Source of the DNA: Candidatus Hermodarchaeota archaeon
GTDB lineage: Archaea; Asgardarchaeota; Thorarchaeia; Thorarchaeales; Thorarchaeaceae
NCBI GenBank assembly: GCA_048885865.1
Contig: JBHLLF010000014.1
Coordinates: forward strand, 1-64,000
Direction of reading: 5' to 3'
DNA length: 64,000 nt
Position numbers and translations under genes: made by a program. Shown here piece after piece: positions 47,502-56,624 of this stretch; position 1 is the first letter of the stretch; every line of letters starts with the position of its first letter. The notes below the pieces were generated by a model, which saw only the letters and a list, made by a program, of their open reading frames with translations, ran no database searches and was not told the DNA's origin.

Positions 47502-47966
47502 GTGGTGAAAGATTTGGCTAAGGGCTTAGTCGTCTACTACAGTAGGTTTGGCAATACCGAGAGAATAGCAAAAGCAGTTACTGCAGGACTGCAAAGCGGC
47601 GGTATGGACGCTGACATAGCCGCGGTTGATGAGGTCAATCTTGATGATATAGTTGGGATTGATCTCTTGTGTGTTGGAACTCCAGTGCATGCCTGGAATA
47701 TTTCAAAACCTGCGAAAGAATTCCTTGACCGCCTGAAGGGTCTGGATGGCCTTGGTGGCAAGAAGGCATTCGCGTTTGATACGAAGTTCAAGAGCAGGCT
47801 GGCAGGATCTGCTGGTGGAAAGGTTGAGAAGAAACTGAAGAGCCTGGGATTTACGATAGCGAAATCGGCTGAATCAGCCATTGTCTTGGGCCAGGAAGGC
47901 CCCCTTGAGGAAGGTGCAGAGGAAGCGTTCAGAAAAATAGGTGCAGAACTTGCAGGCATGATGTGA
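47502..47966 (+). CDS. Flavodoxin
   Basis: YYSRFGNTERIA, GTPV, AFDT. Confidence 0.92.
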   Translation: MVKDLAKGLVVYYSRFGNTERIAKAVTAGLQSGGMDADIAAVDEVNLDDIVGIDLLCVGTPVHAWNISKPAKEFLDRLKGLDGLGGKKAFAFDTKFKSRLAGSAGGKVEKKLKSLGFTIAKSAESAIVLGQEGPLEEGAEEAFRKIGAELAGMM

Positions 47967-48051
47967 CTACTCTCCGAGAACTCTTGAGGCAGGGATAATC
48001 CCTCAAAACTCATATCAAAGCTCCATACGCAATAGCGTGGAGTAGGTTCAT

Positions 48052-48573
48052 TTGCAGGGTTTTGATGTTGCGATTGCATCCATTGTAGTAGCTTGCATAA
48101 GCGTAGTTGTGGCTTCTCTGTTGGCAGTTCTCCAACTACGGCACCAGAACGAAACAAGGCAGGCTCAGCTCTTCATGGACATATATGATGAATTCTATAG
48201 TCCTGAATGGCATCGACGGTGGTTGGAATTGGTCTATACCGTTCAGGACGAAGAACTGATGGATTCAGATGGGATACCGACATTCCTCAAGGGTGATATA
48301 GACAAATATGTTGGAGCCACTGCCTTGACATCTTTCTTTGAGGGGATTGGACTGCTTGTCAAGAAGGGACTAATTGACATCAATTTGGTCGCGGAGCTGA
48401 TGTCAACGCCACTCATCTTTGTGTGGCAGAGGGTCGAAAAACTAGTGATGAGAGTGAGGGAACTCACTGGCAGACCACAGGTCTATGAATGGTATGAGTA
48501 TCTGTACAACGAGATACAGAAGATACCTTCACGACAGAGTCAACCATCAGGCTTGGAGCCAACCAAGTCATAG
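48052..48573 (+). CDS. DUF4760-like protein
   Basis: N-terminal TM, RQAQLFM, FFEGIGLLVKKGLID, FEYL-like C-terminus. Confidence 0.7.
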   Translation: MQGFDVAIASIVVACISVVVASLLAVLQLRHQNETRQAQLFMDIYDEFYSPEWHRRWLELVYTVQDEELMDSDGIPTFLKGDIDKYVGATALTSFFEGIGLLVKKGLIDINLVAELMSTPLIFVWQRVEKLVMRVRELTGRPQVYEWYEYLYNEIQKIPSRQSQPSGLEPTKS

Positions 48574-48796
48574 ACTTTGGAAACAAGCGATAGCCTCGAC
48601 AGTGATTGGAAATAGAATCGAAAGGGGAGCAATAGCCCCTTCCGATTCGTTGTCATGCACTCTGTTTCATATACGAGTAGAATCCAAGTATCAGAAGTGC
48701 AGGCGTCAGGATGAGATCAAGTGCATGGCAGCCAACTTCTTCAGGTGAGAGTGTAGAGAACAGCAGAGCCGTAACCGCGACTCCCAAAATTCCATT

Positions 48797-49795
48797 CTAT
48801 GCAGACGCCAATCTTGGAAACAGCTCTAGAGCACCCTTTCGCGCTATTGCCCTCAAGTCATCCTCATCAAAACCATCAAAGGACTGTAGGTCGCTCAGGA
48901 CAAGTTCAGCCATCAATCTCGGAGCTGCACCCAGGTCAGTTCCCAGCACGATGTGTGACGGGTCCAATAGCTCCTTGAGGGTTCTCAGAGAGCTTGGAAC
49001 TGTCACAGCTGTAGTGTCGTAGTACATATTCTTCAGGAGTCGAAGTCCTGTCGCAGGTCCTTGCTTGCGTATTATCAGATCATAGAGAGACTGCAGTTTT
49101 TTGACCTTGTCCCGTTGTCGGTACTCCAGGATGCTGATTCTCCAAGCAAGATATGGGACTGCTCCTCCACCATGAGGGAGTATGAATCTGATTCTTGGAT
49201 TCCTGTCGAGTGTTCCGCTGTATACCATGTTAGCGACAGCTCGAGTGGTGTCAAAAGGCCATTCAATGTGCACAACTGGAACGTCCGGTTTCTTCATGTC
49301 TGCGAAAGGCGGATCATCAGGATGAACGAATACAACAGCCTTTCGCCTGTTCAGTTCACCGAAGAACTCCTCAAGCTCAGGGTCTCCGAGGTACATCCCA
49401 TCAGAGTTTGATAGTAGGACTACACCATCCAGATGAAGCTCATCCATAGCGTACTCAAGTTCTTCGAAGGCCCCTTCGATATTGGGAAGAGGCACTGATG
49501 CCAATGCACCAAAGCGTGTTGGATGTTCTCGGACCATCTCTGCGAGATAGGTGTTTGTCCTTCTTGCTAATCCTTGGAAGAACCCGTTATTCTTTATGCC
49601 AAGCCCTGAGGCAGGGATTGAGAGAATCGCTTTATCTATTCCCACCTTATCCATGTCCTTCAGGCATTCCTCAGGATTGTATGTGGGAATTGGCACTCCT
49701 GAGAGCTCAGTGATTCCTTTCTCTGCAAGAGCCTTCACATAGAAGTCCGGCACGAGATGATGATGCAGATCAATCCAATCATAATCGTTTGACAT
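48797..49795 (-). CDS. Amidohydrolase_2 family (decarboxylase-like)
   Basis: DLHHH, FVHP, PHGGG, GTD. Confidence 0.92.
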   Translation of the reverse strand: MSNDYDWIDLHHHLVPDFYVKALAEKGITELSGVPIPTYNPEECLKDMDKVGIDKAILSIPASGLGIKNNGFFQGLARRTNTYLAEMVREHPTRFGALASVPLPNIEGAFEELEYAMDELHLDGVVLLSNSDGMYLGDPELEEFFGELNRRKAVVFVHPDDPPFADMKKPDVPVVHIEWPFDTTRAVANMVYSGTLDRNPRIRFILPHGGGAVPYLAWRISILEYRQRDKVKKLQSLYDLIIRKQGPATGLRLLKNMYYDTTAVTVPSSLRTLKELLDPSHIVLGTDLGAAPRLMAELVLSDLQSFDGFDEDDLRAIARKGALELFPRLASA

Positions 49796-49812
49796 TATCT
49801 TTCACCATAATA

Positions 49813-49876
49813 TTCGAATTCGATTCGAATTCTAATTTCTCATCAAGCCTTATAGGTTTTTCGAATATGATTCGAA
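49813..49876. promoter_or_regulatory. Two perfect palindromic TetR operators
   Basis: TTCGAAT-tcg-ATTCGAA (49813-49829) and TTCGAAT-atg-ATTCGAA (49860-49876). Confidence 0.8.
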
Positions 49877-49895
49877 TTCGAACTCCTTATATCGG

Positions 49896-50534
49896 GTGCC
49901 ACACTACAATTCATCGAAGATGAGGAAATCCAAGGCCAAACAGGGCATTGTCAATACTGCCGAGAAACTGATCAGGAAGAAGGGCTACTCCAGCCTCAAC
50001 GTGACGGATATAGCATATGTCGCCAAGGTGAGTGTGGGTACACTCTATTACCACTTTCCCAAAGGCAAGGTGGACATCCTTGCGGAAATCATGTCACAGA
50101 AGCTGGAGGGCTTTGTGGAGGATTTCAATAAACAGGCGGGAGTCGAGAAAGTCTTGGAGAAGGGCATGGCCCTTGATGACACACTGCGATGGTTCTTCAA
50201 TAAGATCATTGAGCTCCGCAGACCGGACCGCCATTTTCTCGCGGCTATCCAGAGCGAGATGTTGGATAATCCAAGTGATTACATAGCCTTTGTCAAGAAG
50301 TATCAGAGCACTGATGGATTGCAGCAGGCCATGGGCATATTGTCTGAAGCTATGATGAAAGCAGCTGAGTCTGGAGAAGTGAATATAGGCAAAGTGGCGG
50401 AAAACTTAGACAGGATTCAGAGGGTTGTTGGACTCTTGATGAGCTATCAGATCATCTTCCCCGGCTATTTTGGGGACGATGAGGAGTTTGTTGATTTCGC
50501 GCTTCGAGTATTCCTTGAGATTCTTAGCTCATGA
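49896..50534 (+). CDS. TetR/AcrR regulator
   Basis: GYSSLNVTDIAYVAKVSVGTLYYHF. Confidence 0.92.
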   Translation: MPHYNSSKMRKSKAKQGIVNTAEKLIRKKGYSSLNVTDIAYVAKVSVGTLYYHFPKGKVDILAEIMSQKLEGFVEDFNKQAGVEKVLEKGMALDDTLRWFFNKIIELRRPDRHFLAAIQSEMLDNPSDYIAFVKKYQSTDGLQQAMGILSEAMMKAAESGEVNIGKVAENLDRIQRVVGLLMSYQIIFPGYFGDDEEFVDFALRVFLEILSS

Positions 50535-50683
50535 GTGGCAGATAATGCAGCCGTAGTGGACTTGAATTCGAGAGAGAGATTCATCTCTCTCATCCTTTCT
50601 CAGTCCGAATGTACTTGGAAATAATCCCTCTCGGTGCATATGGTTAAATCCCTAGCTGCAGTATATGTGCCTGGGGAGAGACC

Positions 50684-51523
50684 GTGCAATTCAATCCAAT
50701 TATCGCGTATCTTCAGTTCGGCTTACCGCTCCTGAGTATTGGTATTCTTCTCACTGTTTTGTGGATTGTCGCGATGCGGAGGTATCAGGCCGAGCGCCTG
50801 GCAGCAGACCAGACCACTTCTCTCGGTAACCTAGGAAAGAAGATTGCCAATACGCCGTTTCTGACATTCAAGATTGCCTGGTTAGTCACACTCTCCGTGG
50901 GCGTCATCTTTGTATTTATGGCCTTCTTGATGCCCTTCTTTGAGCAGTTGGGTTATGAGAACATAATACTGCCGTCGGCTGTCTTCGCGCTTGGATTGAT
51001 CGTAATCTATGGCCTATTCTATGGTGCTACTGTCAGAGGGCGTGCTATCTTGTGGAGAGGGAGGATAATCAGCAACTACGTGGAATACGGACATCAGGAG
51101 TGGGTGATCCAGAAACGCTTGGCAGAACTGGTGAGAGAAAAAGAGAGCTCTGACAGATTCCGTTCAGCTGTCGCCCAGAAGACCCTTGAAAGCCTGATGG
51201 TACGAAAGGACATGACCGGGGATGCAGTTCGCAGGATTATGATCGACCCAGCAGGACCGATTGACAGATACGAAGACCGTACAATACCCAGCAGTCTATG
51301 GCAGTTCAAGTTCTCGCTCTCCTTGATGTCCTTTAGCTATGTTGGTGTCCTAGTGGTCACTTGGGCATCATTGGTCGGGATTATCTCCGATTTCAGTGTG
51401 ACCAGCAGCGCGGTCCTATATCTCATAGGACTTGTCTTTGTTTCAATCTGCTGCTTTCTCATGGAAGGCTACATGGCATCTAGGAAACGGAAGCGTTTCC
51501 AGCTTGAGAAGGATTCATCCTAA
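50684..51523 (+). CDS. Hypothetical membrane protein
   Basis: About five TMs. Confidence 0.75.
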   Translation: MQFNPIIAYLQFGLPLLSIGILLTVLWIVAMRRYQAERLAADQTTSLGNLGKKIANTPFLTFKIAWLVTLSVGVIFVFMAFLMPFFEQLGYENIILPSAVFALGLIVIYGLFYGATVRGRAILWRGRIISNYVEYGHQEWVIQKRLAELVREKESSDRFRSAVAQKTLESLMVRKDMTGDAVRRIMIDPAGPIDRYEDRTIPSSLWQFKFSLSLMSFSYVGVLVVTWASLVGIISDFSVTSSAVLYLIGLVFVSICCFLMEGYMASRKRKRFQLEKDSS

Positions 51524-51608
51524 GTACTATTCACATCGGAACAGATTTCAATCACCTCTCTATATTCAAGAAACTCAGTTTCACAATCAACCTACTGAGG
51601 TCTTTCGC

Positions 51609-52883
51609 GTGTCTGAAGAAGTCAAAGTCTTTCGGTATCGATGGGCAGTGCTGTTGGTGTTCGGTCTGATCTTTATGATTGGACAGATGATGTGGCTTGT
51701 GTTCTCACTGATTAGGAACGAGGTGACCCCGGTGCTTGGTCTGCCTTCAGGGGACCCGGGCGTCGTTCTCCTTACTGCCTCACAGCCTCTGGCGTTCATA
51801 ATTCTCTCGATCCCAGTGGGGCTGCTTGCTGACAGAAAAGGGCTGGTCGTTGTAGCCGGCATTGGTTCGATACTTCAAGCCCTATTTGGCACACTCAGGA
51901 TATTCATCATCAATGACTTCGCCATGATATTCATTGCGCAATTTGGACTGTCAGTAGGGTCAGTCATGATCCAGAACTGCATTGTATACTTGAGCGTGAG
52001 CTGGTTCCCCAAGGGTGAACGAGGACTGGCAACCGGAATAAGCACTCTCTTCATGCTTCTCGGAATGCTCTTAGGTACTGCGCTGAGCATGATTCTCTGG
52101 ACCGCTCCTTTGTTTGGCGAACCTGGTTATACGGTAGCTCTCGCACAGGCGAACCTGGTCTGGATACTGCAAATCGATGCGATATTGGCCATAATTCTCA
52201 CAGTGGTCTTTTTTGTCGTCGCAAGAGACAAGCCTCCAAAACCTCCAGACATAGACGTACTGGCAGAAGCGACTCCAAGTGTCATGGGGATGCTTAGGGA
52301 CAGAAACGTGTGGATGATTGCGTTTGGTTTCTTCGGGGGCTTTGGCATATTCATTGGTCTGACAGCCATTATCGAGGAGCTGCTCCTCAGCCTTGGGATT
52401 CCGGTCACTGCAGGACTTGGAAGCCCGGCCATTGTGATGATACTCCTACTGGCGTTCGGAATAGTCGGGGCGGTGGTAGTGCCTGGAATATCGGACAAGG
52501 TTCAAAGGAGAAAGCCGTTCCTCATAGTTGCAATGGCCGTCGGTACGGTGGCGACCCTGATTCTGGGAACAAGTACGATGCTGGAGCTCACCTACATCTC
52601 ATCCGCGATTCTAGGATTCTTCCTAATTGCAGTAATGCCCATAGCTCTCTCCGTGGTGGAAGAGTTTGATACTGTGGGGCCAGAGTTGTCAGGTGCAAGT
52701 ACAGGACTGGCATTCTGGTTTGGCAATCTAGGCGGCTTCCTTGGGTCGATTCTCCTTGAGGTATTCAGGGTGGGAACATCATACTTCTACTCGGTGCTGT
52801 ATCTAGTAATAGTAATGGGCATAGCCACTCTGTTGATACTTACAATTCCTGAAACAGGAGGGGGGCGCAAAGAGCACCTATAG
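51609..52883 (+). CDS. MFS transporter
   Basis: YRWAVL, GLLADRKG, WFPKGERGLATG, SDKVQRRK; start GTG 51609. Confidence 0.92.
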   Translation: MSEEVKVFRYRWAVLLVFGLIFMIGQMMWLVFSLIRNEVTPVLGLPSGDPGVVLLTASQPLAFIILSIPVGLLADRKGLVVVAGIGSILQALFGTLRIFIINDFAMIFIAQFGLSVGSVMIQNCIVYLSVSWFPKGERGLATGISTLFMLLGMLLGTALSMILWTAPLFGEPGYTVALAQANLVWILQIDAILAIILTVVFFVVARDKPPKPPDIDVLAEATPSVMGMLRDRNVWMIAFGFFGGFGIFIGLTAIIEELLLSLGIPVTAGLGSPAIVMILLLAFGIVGAVVVPGISDKVQRRKPFLIVAMAVGTVATLILGTSTMLELTYISSAILGFFLIAVMPIALSVVEEFDTVGPELSGASTGLAFWFGNLGGFLGSILLEVFRVGTSYFYSVLYLVIVMGIATLLILTIPETGGGRKEHL

Positions 52884-52979
52884 CGCTCCTTTCTCTTAAC
52901 AAGAATCACTGGGACCCCATATCTTAGCTGCCCTATACTCAGGTTTTTCAGGATTGGGACAATACTGCTTTGTATTAGC

Positions 52980-53375
52980 GTGAAGAGAGGAGTCCCAATG
53001 AGCCCGAGTTCCAACCGTGAGATTGCCTTGTCATTTTTCGAACTTATAGTCACAGGGAAAATTCGTGAGTGGTTTGCCGAGCACACGAGTGAAGACCTTA
53101 TACACCACAACCAGTACTTCAAGGGAGAGCGAGAAACTCTGATTCAAGCCATCGAAGACGATGCCAGAAACAACCCAGACAAACGCGTAGAGGTCAAAAT
53201 GAGCCTCGAAGATGGGGATCTTGTGTCCACTTTTTCACATGTTCAGCAAAATCCTGATGACCCTGGCTTTGCCCTCATGCATATATTCCGATTCAAGGGC
53301 TCCACCATCGTGGAGATGTGGGACATACACCATGCTGTTATGACGGACTCGCCTAATGAGCATGGGATTTTCTGA
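52980..53375 (+). CDS. SnoaL/NTF2-like protein
   Basis: IHHN, EDGDLV, HIFRF...IVEMWD. Confidence 0.88.
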   Translation: MKRGVPMSPSSNREIALSFFELIVTGKIREWFAEHTSEDLIHHNQYFKGERETLIQAIEDDARNNPDKRVEVKMSLEDGDLVSTFSHVQQNPDDPGFALMHIFRFKGSTIVEMWDIHHAVMTDSPNEHGIF

Positions 53376-53409
53376 GGGAGGAGAAAGGATTTATTTCGAC
53401 GTTTGAGCT

Positions 53410-53985
53410 TCAGCCACGTTTCTTCAAAAGATACCAGATGAGCACTAGCCAGCAGCCAAATAGGAGGACTAGAGTTTCAGTCAAGGCATCAGCAAATGTC
53501 CAGGCACGTTCCAGATAGACAAGAGCCAGACCAGTGATCAGAATCAGGACCTTGTAGTCGTCCATCACACCAAGCAGCAGAAAGATAATCGCTAGTGCAT
53601 ATACTATTGTTTGGAAGTAAAATGATAGGTTCAGAGCCATGAAGAGCCTCGGCACGATATAGGCGGCCCATATGACCAGGAAGATGATCGCGAAAGGAAT
53701 CCTCCATTTCTCTAGGTATTCAGACTTGGTGAAGGAGATGGCCCACACAGGCATGAATGTAAATGCTGTGCCAAACAGAACTACGATGATTGATACGTCC
53801 ACTATGAAGAGCCAGTTCACTAAGAAATACAGGAACATGAGAATGAACGTCAGAAAGCCGTAGATTGCGGTTATCTTTGCTCTACCTTCACTCTTCTGAA
53901 AGTCCAGAAGAAACAGGATGGCGAGGACTACGAGGGGCAAAAGCACCAATCCGACGATAGTGAGCTCAAGTAACTCAAGCTGCAT
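53410..53985 (-). CDS. Polytopic membrane protein
   Basis: Highly hydrophobic; start MQLEL. Confidence 0.75.
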   Translation of the reverse strand: MQLELLELTIVGLVLLPLVVLAILFLLDFQKSEGRAKITAIYGFLTFILMFLYFLVNWLFIVDVSIIVVLFGTAFTFMPVWAISFTKSEYLEKWRIPFAIIFLVIWAAYIVPRLFMALNLSFYFQTIVYALAIIFLLLGVMDDYKVLILITGLALVYLERAWTFADALTETLVLLFGCWLVLIWYLLKKRG

Positions 53986-54032
53986 GTGAACACCTCTGGA
54001 GGGCGGAGCCTTCATCCGAGATATATCAGTTC

Positions 54033-54962
54033 CTAGAGAGGCTCCCAACCATTCATTACATATGTAGGCTTCACAGCATTCCTCGGGGGAGCACGATAAT
54101 ACCTCACATGGGGATGGCCAACAACAAAGACGCCTGTAACAATATGCCCGGAAGGTATTCCTGCTGCTTTTCGGACTCCTCCTGAATTATTCATGACCTT
54201 TTGGGCATATCCAATCCAACATGTCCCAAGTCCCAGCACTTCTGCGGCAATCATGCCATGAGCAACAGCAATTCCGGTTTCATTCCGACCCATTCCCAGC
54301 GTATCTCTTGTGTGCACAATGACGACAGCAGGCGCATCATAGAAGAGCTCATCAACACCGCGGTCTTGACCCTCGAAGAGGCGATTCATATCCTCCTTGA
54401 CCATCGGATCCTTGAGGAGCCTCGCATCCTTGAGAATGGCACGAAATACCCATCCAATTCCTGGTGTGTCTGAGACCCTCATGGTCATCCTCAGAAATGA
54501 CAACACTTTGTCAGCGAGCATTTTGATGACAGCCTTGTCTGAGAGTACCAGGTATTGCAGTGCCTGAAGATTCTTGGCTGTTGGGGCGTATCTCATTGCA
54601 TCAAGGACACTCTGGACATCATCGAAACTGAGAGACTCATCTTTGAATCTCCTGACACTTCTTCGCATCCTGAAAAGATACATGAGCTGGTCTGGAGTGA
54701 TGATGTCTGAGGATTTGCTCTTTTGGGAATCAAACTCGAGGACAGGGTCGCTCTCTTTGGTTTCGAAGAGAACAGCATCCATCGGACAGACAGCGATGCA
54801 GTGCCCGCACAAGATGCAGATACGAATTCCTTCCTCATATGTGGCCTTGCTTTCAGCCTCATGTTGATAGAATAGACGGGGCGGACATTCTGTGACGCAC
54901 TCTCCGCATCCATTGCACTTGTTCACATCCACACCAAGTATATGCATCAGTCTCTCCTCCAT
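54033..54962 (-). CDS. Nitroreductase with N-terminal 4Fe-4S ferredoxin domain
   Basis: CxxCxxCxxxCP motifs, RRSVRRF, APTAKN.Q, GLGTCWIG. Confidence 0.92.
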   Translation of the reverse strand: MEERLMHILGVDVNKCNGCGECVTECPPRLFYQHEAESKATYEEGIRICILCGHCIAVCPMDAVLFETKESDPVLEFDSQKSKSSDIITPDQLMYLFRMRRSVRRFKDESLSFDDVQSVLDAMRYAPTAKNLQALQYLVLSDKAVIKMLADKVLSFLRMTMRVSDTPGIGWVFRAILKDARLLKDPMVKEDMNRLFEGQDRGVDELFYDAPAVVIVHTRDTLGMGRNETGIAVAHGMIAAEVLGLGTCWIGYAQKVMNNSGGVRKAAGIPSGHIVTGVFVVGHPHVRYYRAPPRNAVKPTYVMNGWEPL

Positions 54963-55155
54963 GGATGTCTGCTTCTTCCATCCAGAAACTATGTTTAGCG
55001 ACACTTTGAGATGAGTCTTTTGCACTCTCTTCATTGTCGTGTGTCGCTGCCAAGGTCTGAAGTGTAGCGGACTGATTAAATGCGTGAACGATTCATTTGG
55101 GGCTGCGATTATTCCCAAAACTGCTAGTCTAGAAAAGAATTTGAAGGGACTTCCA

Positions 55156-55629
55156 ATGTCTGATAAAAGGGAGATGCTGCGACACCTCATTGCATCTATT
55201 GCATACCATTCAGCAAAAGCAATACAAGATGCCCCATCTGAATATCCGGAATTCAATCAGGGTCAAGGGGCAAGAACACCAAGACAGATTCTGCATCATA
55301 TGACAGGAGTGCTCACATATGCGCATAGCTTCTTCGAAGACTATGACACGACCTATTTTGAACACAAATCATGGGATGCTGAGAAGGCACACTTCTATGA
55401 GACCCTCTCTAAATTAGATAGCTCACTACAAGAGAAGGGTCCCAGAGAGGTGTCGGAGGAGCAATTGCTTCAAGGCCCACTTTCAGACACTATGGCACAT
55501 ATCGGTCAGCTTCTAATGCTGAGAAGACTTGCGGGTTCTCCTGTGCGCTCTGAGAACTTCATCTTCGCAGACATTCGCAAGGGAGTCGTGGGTCCAGACC
55601 AGCCTCCAGCAGTAGCACCAGACAAATAG
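55156..55629 (+). CDS. DinB-like protein
   Basis: TPRQILHHM, DTMAHIGQLLMLRRLAGSP. Confidence 0.8.
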   Translation: MSDKREMLRHLIASIAYHSAKAIQDAPSEYPEFNQGQGARTPRQILHHMTGVLTYAHSFFEDYDTTYFEHKSWDAEKAHFYETLSKLDSSLQEKGPREVSEEQLLQGPLSDTMAHIGQLLMLRRLAGSPVRSENFIFADIRKGVVGPDQPPAVAPDK

Positions 55630-55632
55630 GAA

Positions 55633-55670
55633 GGTGCAGCTCATTTGTGCACACAAGGAATCGACTCGAG
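55633..55670 (-). repeat. Possible degenerate copy of the 3' end of 58515-59240
   Basis: ggtgcagc..tgtgcacacaaggaatcgactcgag vs ggtgtagt..tgcgcacgcaa--aatcgtatcgag. Confidence 0.45.
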
Positions 55671-55709
55671 AGTGCCGGTCATTCACAGAGTGGTTTTTCC
55701 TCGAACAAG

Positions 55710-56054
55710 CTATCTAGTTTTCCGTGCACTTAGAAGATAATACACTAGCGAGATTATGAAGAGGAGGACACCCCCTACGTAAATCACAGTAGTCGTCCAC
55801 CACTCAAGCGCCAAGGCTTCGGGGAACGCCCAGCTACCTGAGAACAAATCCCTAAGGTAATAGAAGAACTGTATGTATATGGGCTGGTCAAGTCCGTGGT
55901 AAGCAATGATTCCGTCAATTGCAGATGGCGGCGTCGTTTCATCGATGAACAGGTGAATAGGATCCCCAACAACATAGGCAACAATGAAACTCGCAATCAG
56001 TCCGCCGATGAATAGGACTATGCCCACTACAGCTAGTTTTCCTGAGATATGCAA
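55710..56054 (-). CDS. Short protein resembling the N-terminal part of a peptide ABC permease
   Basis: GDP...GLDQPIYIQFFYYLRDLFSG, but lacks the rest of the permease. Confidence 0.6.
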   Translation of the reverse strand: MHISGKLAVVGIVLFIGGLIASFIVAYVVGDPIHLFIDETTPPSAIDGIIAYHGLDQPIYIQFFYYLRDLFSGSWAFPEALALEWWTTTVIYVGGVLLFIISLVYYLLSARKTR

Positions 56055-56538
56055 AAGATTCCCTCATCCATTATATAAAATGTCTATCTCATTAATATTC
56101 CGTTGGCCTTCGATGCTTGAGGTTTCACAATGCACATGGTATGAGCTGTAATCGGAACCAGATACTCTCCGTTAGGCACTTGTGATAGCTTGTCAATCTA
56201 CCTAGATAGTTGAACAGCGGATCGAGAAAAGTGGATGTGGCAATACGGTTGGCATAAAGCAAGAAGGCCGTCTAAGTCTAAGCCTCGATAGTGGTTCAAT
56301 TCCTCTCGTCTGGGAACACTTTCTTTGTCGTGACTTATACCATCGAACGGGCAGATCATCACTCAATGTTACCATTCTACATTCTGCCCTATGTGTCGTC
56401 TTAGTCGCTCGGCCAACCTTTGAATGTGTTTATGGCTCCGCTCGACACATCAAGCCCAGACGCCTATCGTGAGCGTACTCCTCAGACGGCCAAAATACAG
56501 TATGATGAATTTTGTATTAAGGATTTCTTCGCAAGTCT

Positions 56539-56601
56539 TTTGCGTCGAATCGACCCCTGCGCGTGTAGAATCGTATCCAAGTGTTTGCGAAGGGGGACCT
56601 T
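56539..56601 (-). repeat. Copy of the 3' end of gene 58515-59240
   Basis: Minus strand reads KVPLRKHLDTILHAQGSIRR vs native QVPPTEYLDTILRAQGLLHR*; gapless match to 58515-58577. Confidence 0.85.
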
Positions 56602-56624
56602 TCTTTCAGCATTGACCGCTTCTT

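Noticed and set aside
54963-55256. Long N-terminal extensions in the ORF track (54033-55256, 55039-55629, 51432-52883, 56625-58502)
   Set aside because: They overlap neighbours or promoters and do not look protein-like, so downstream starts were used
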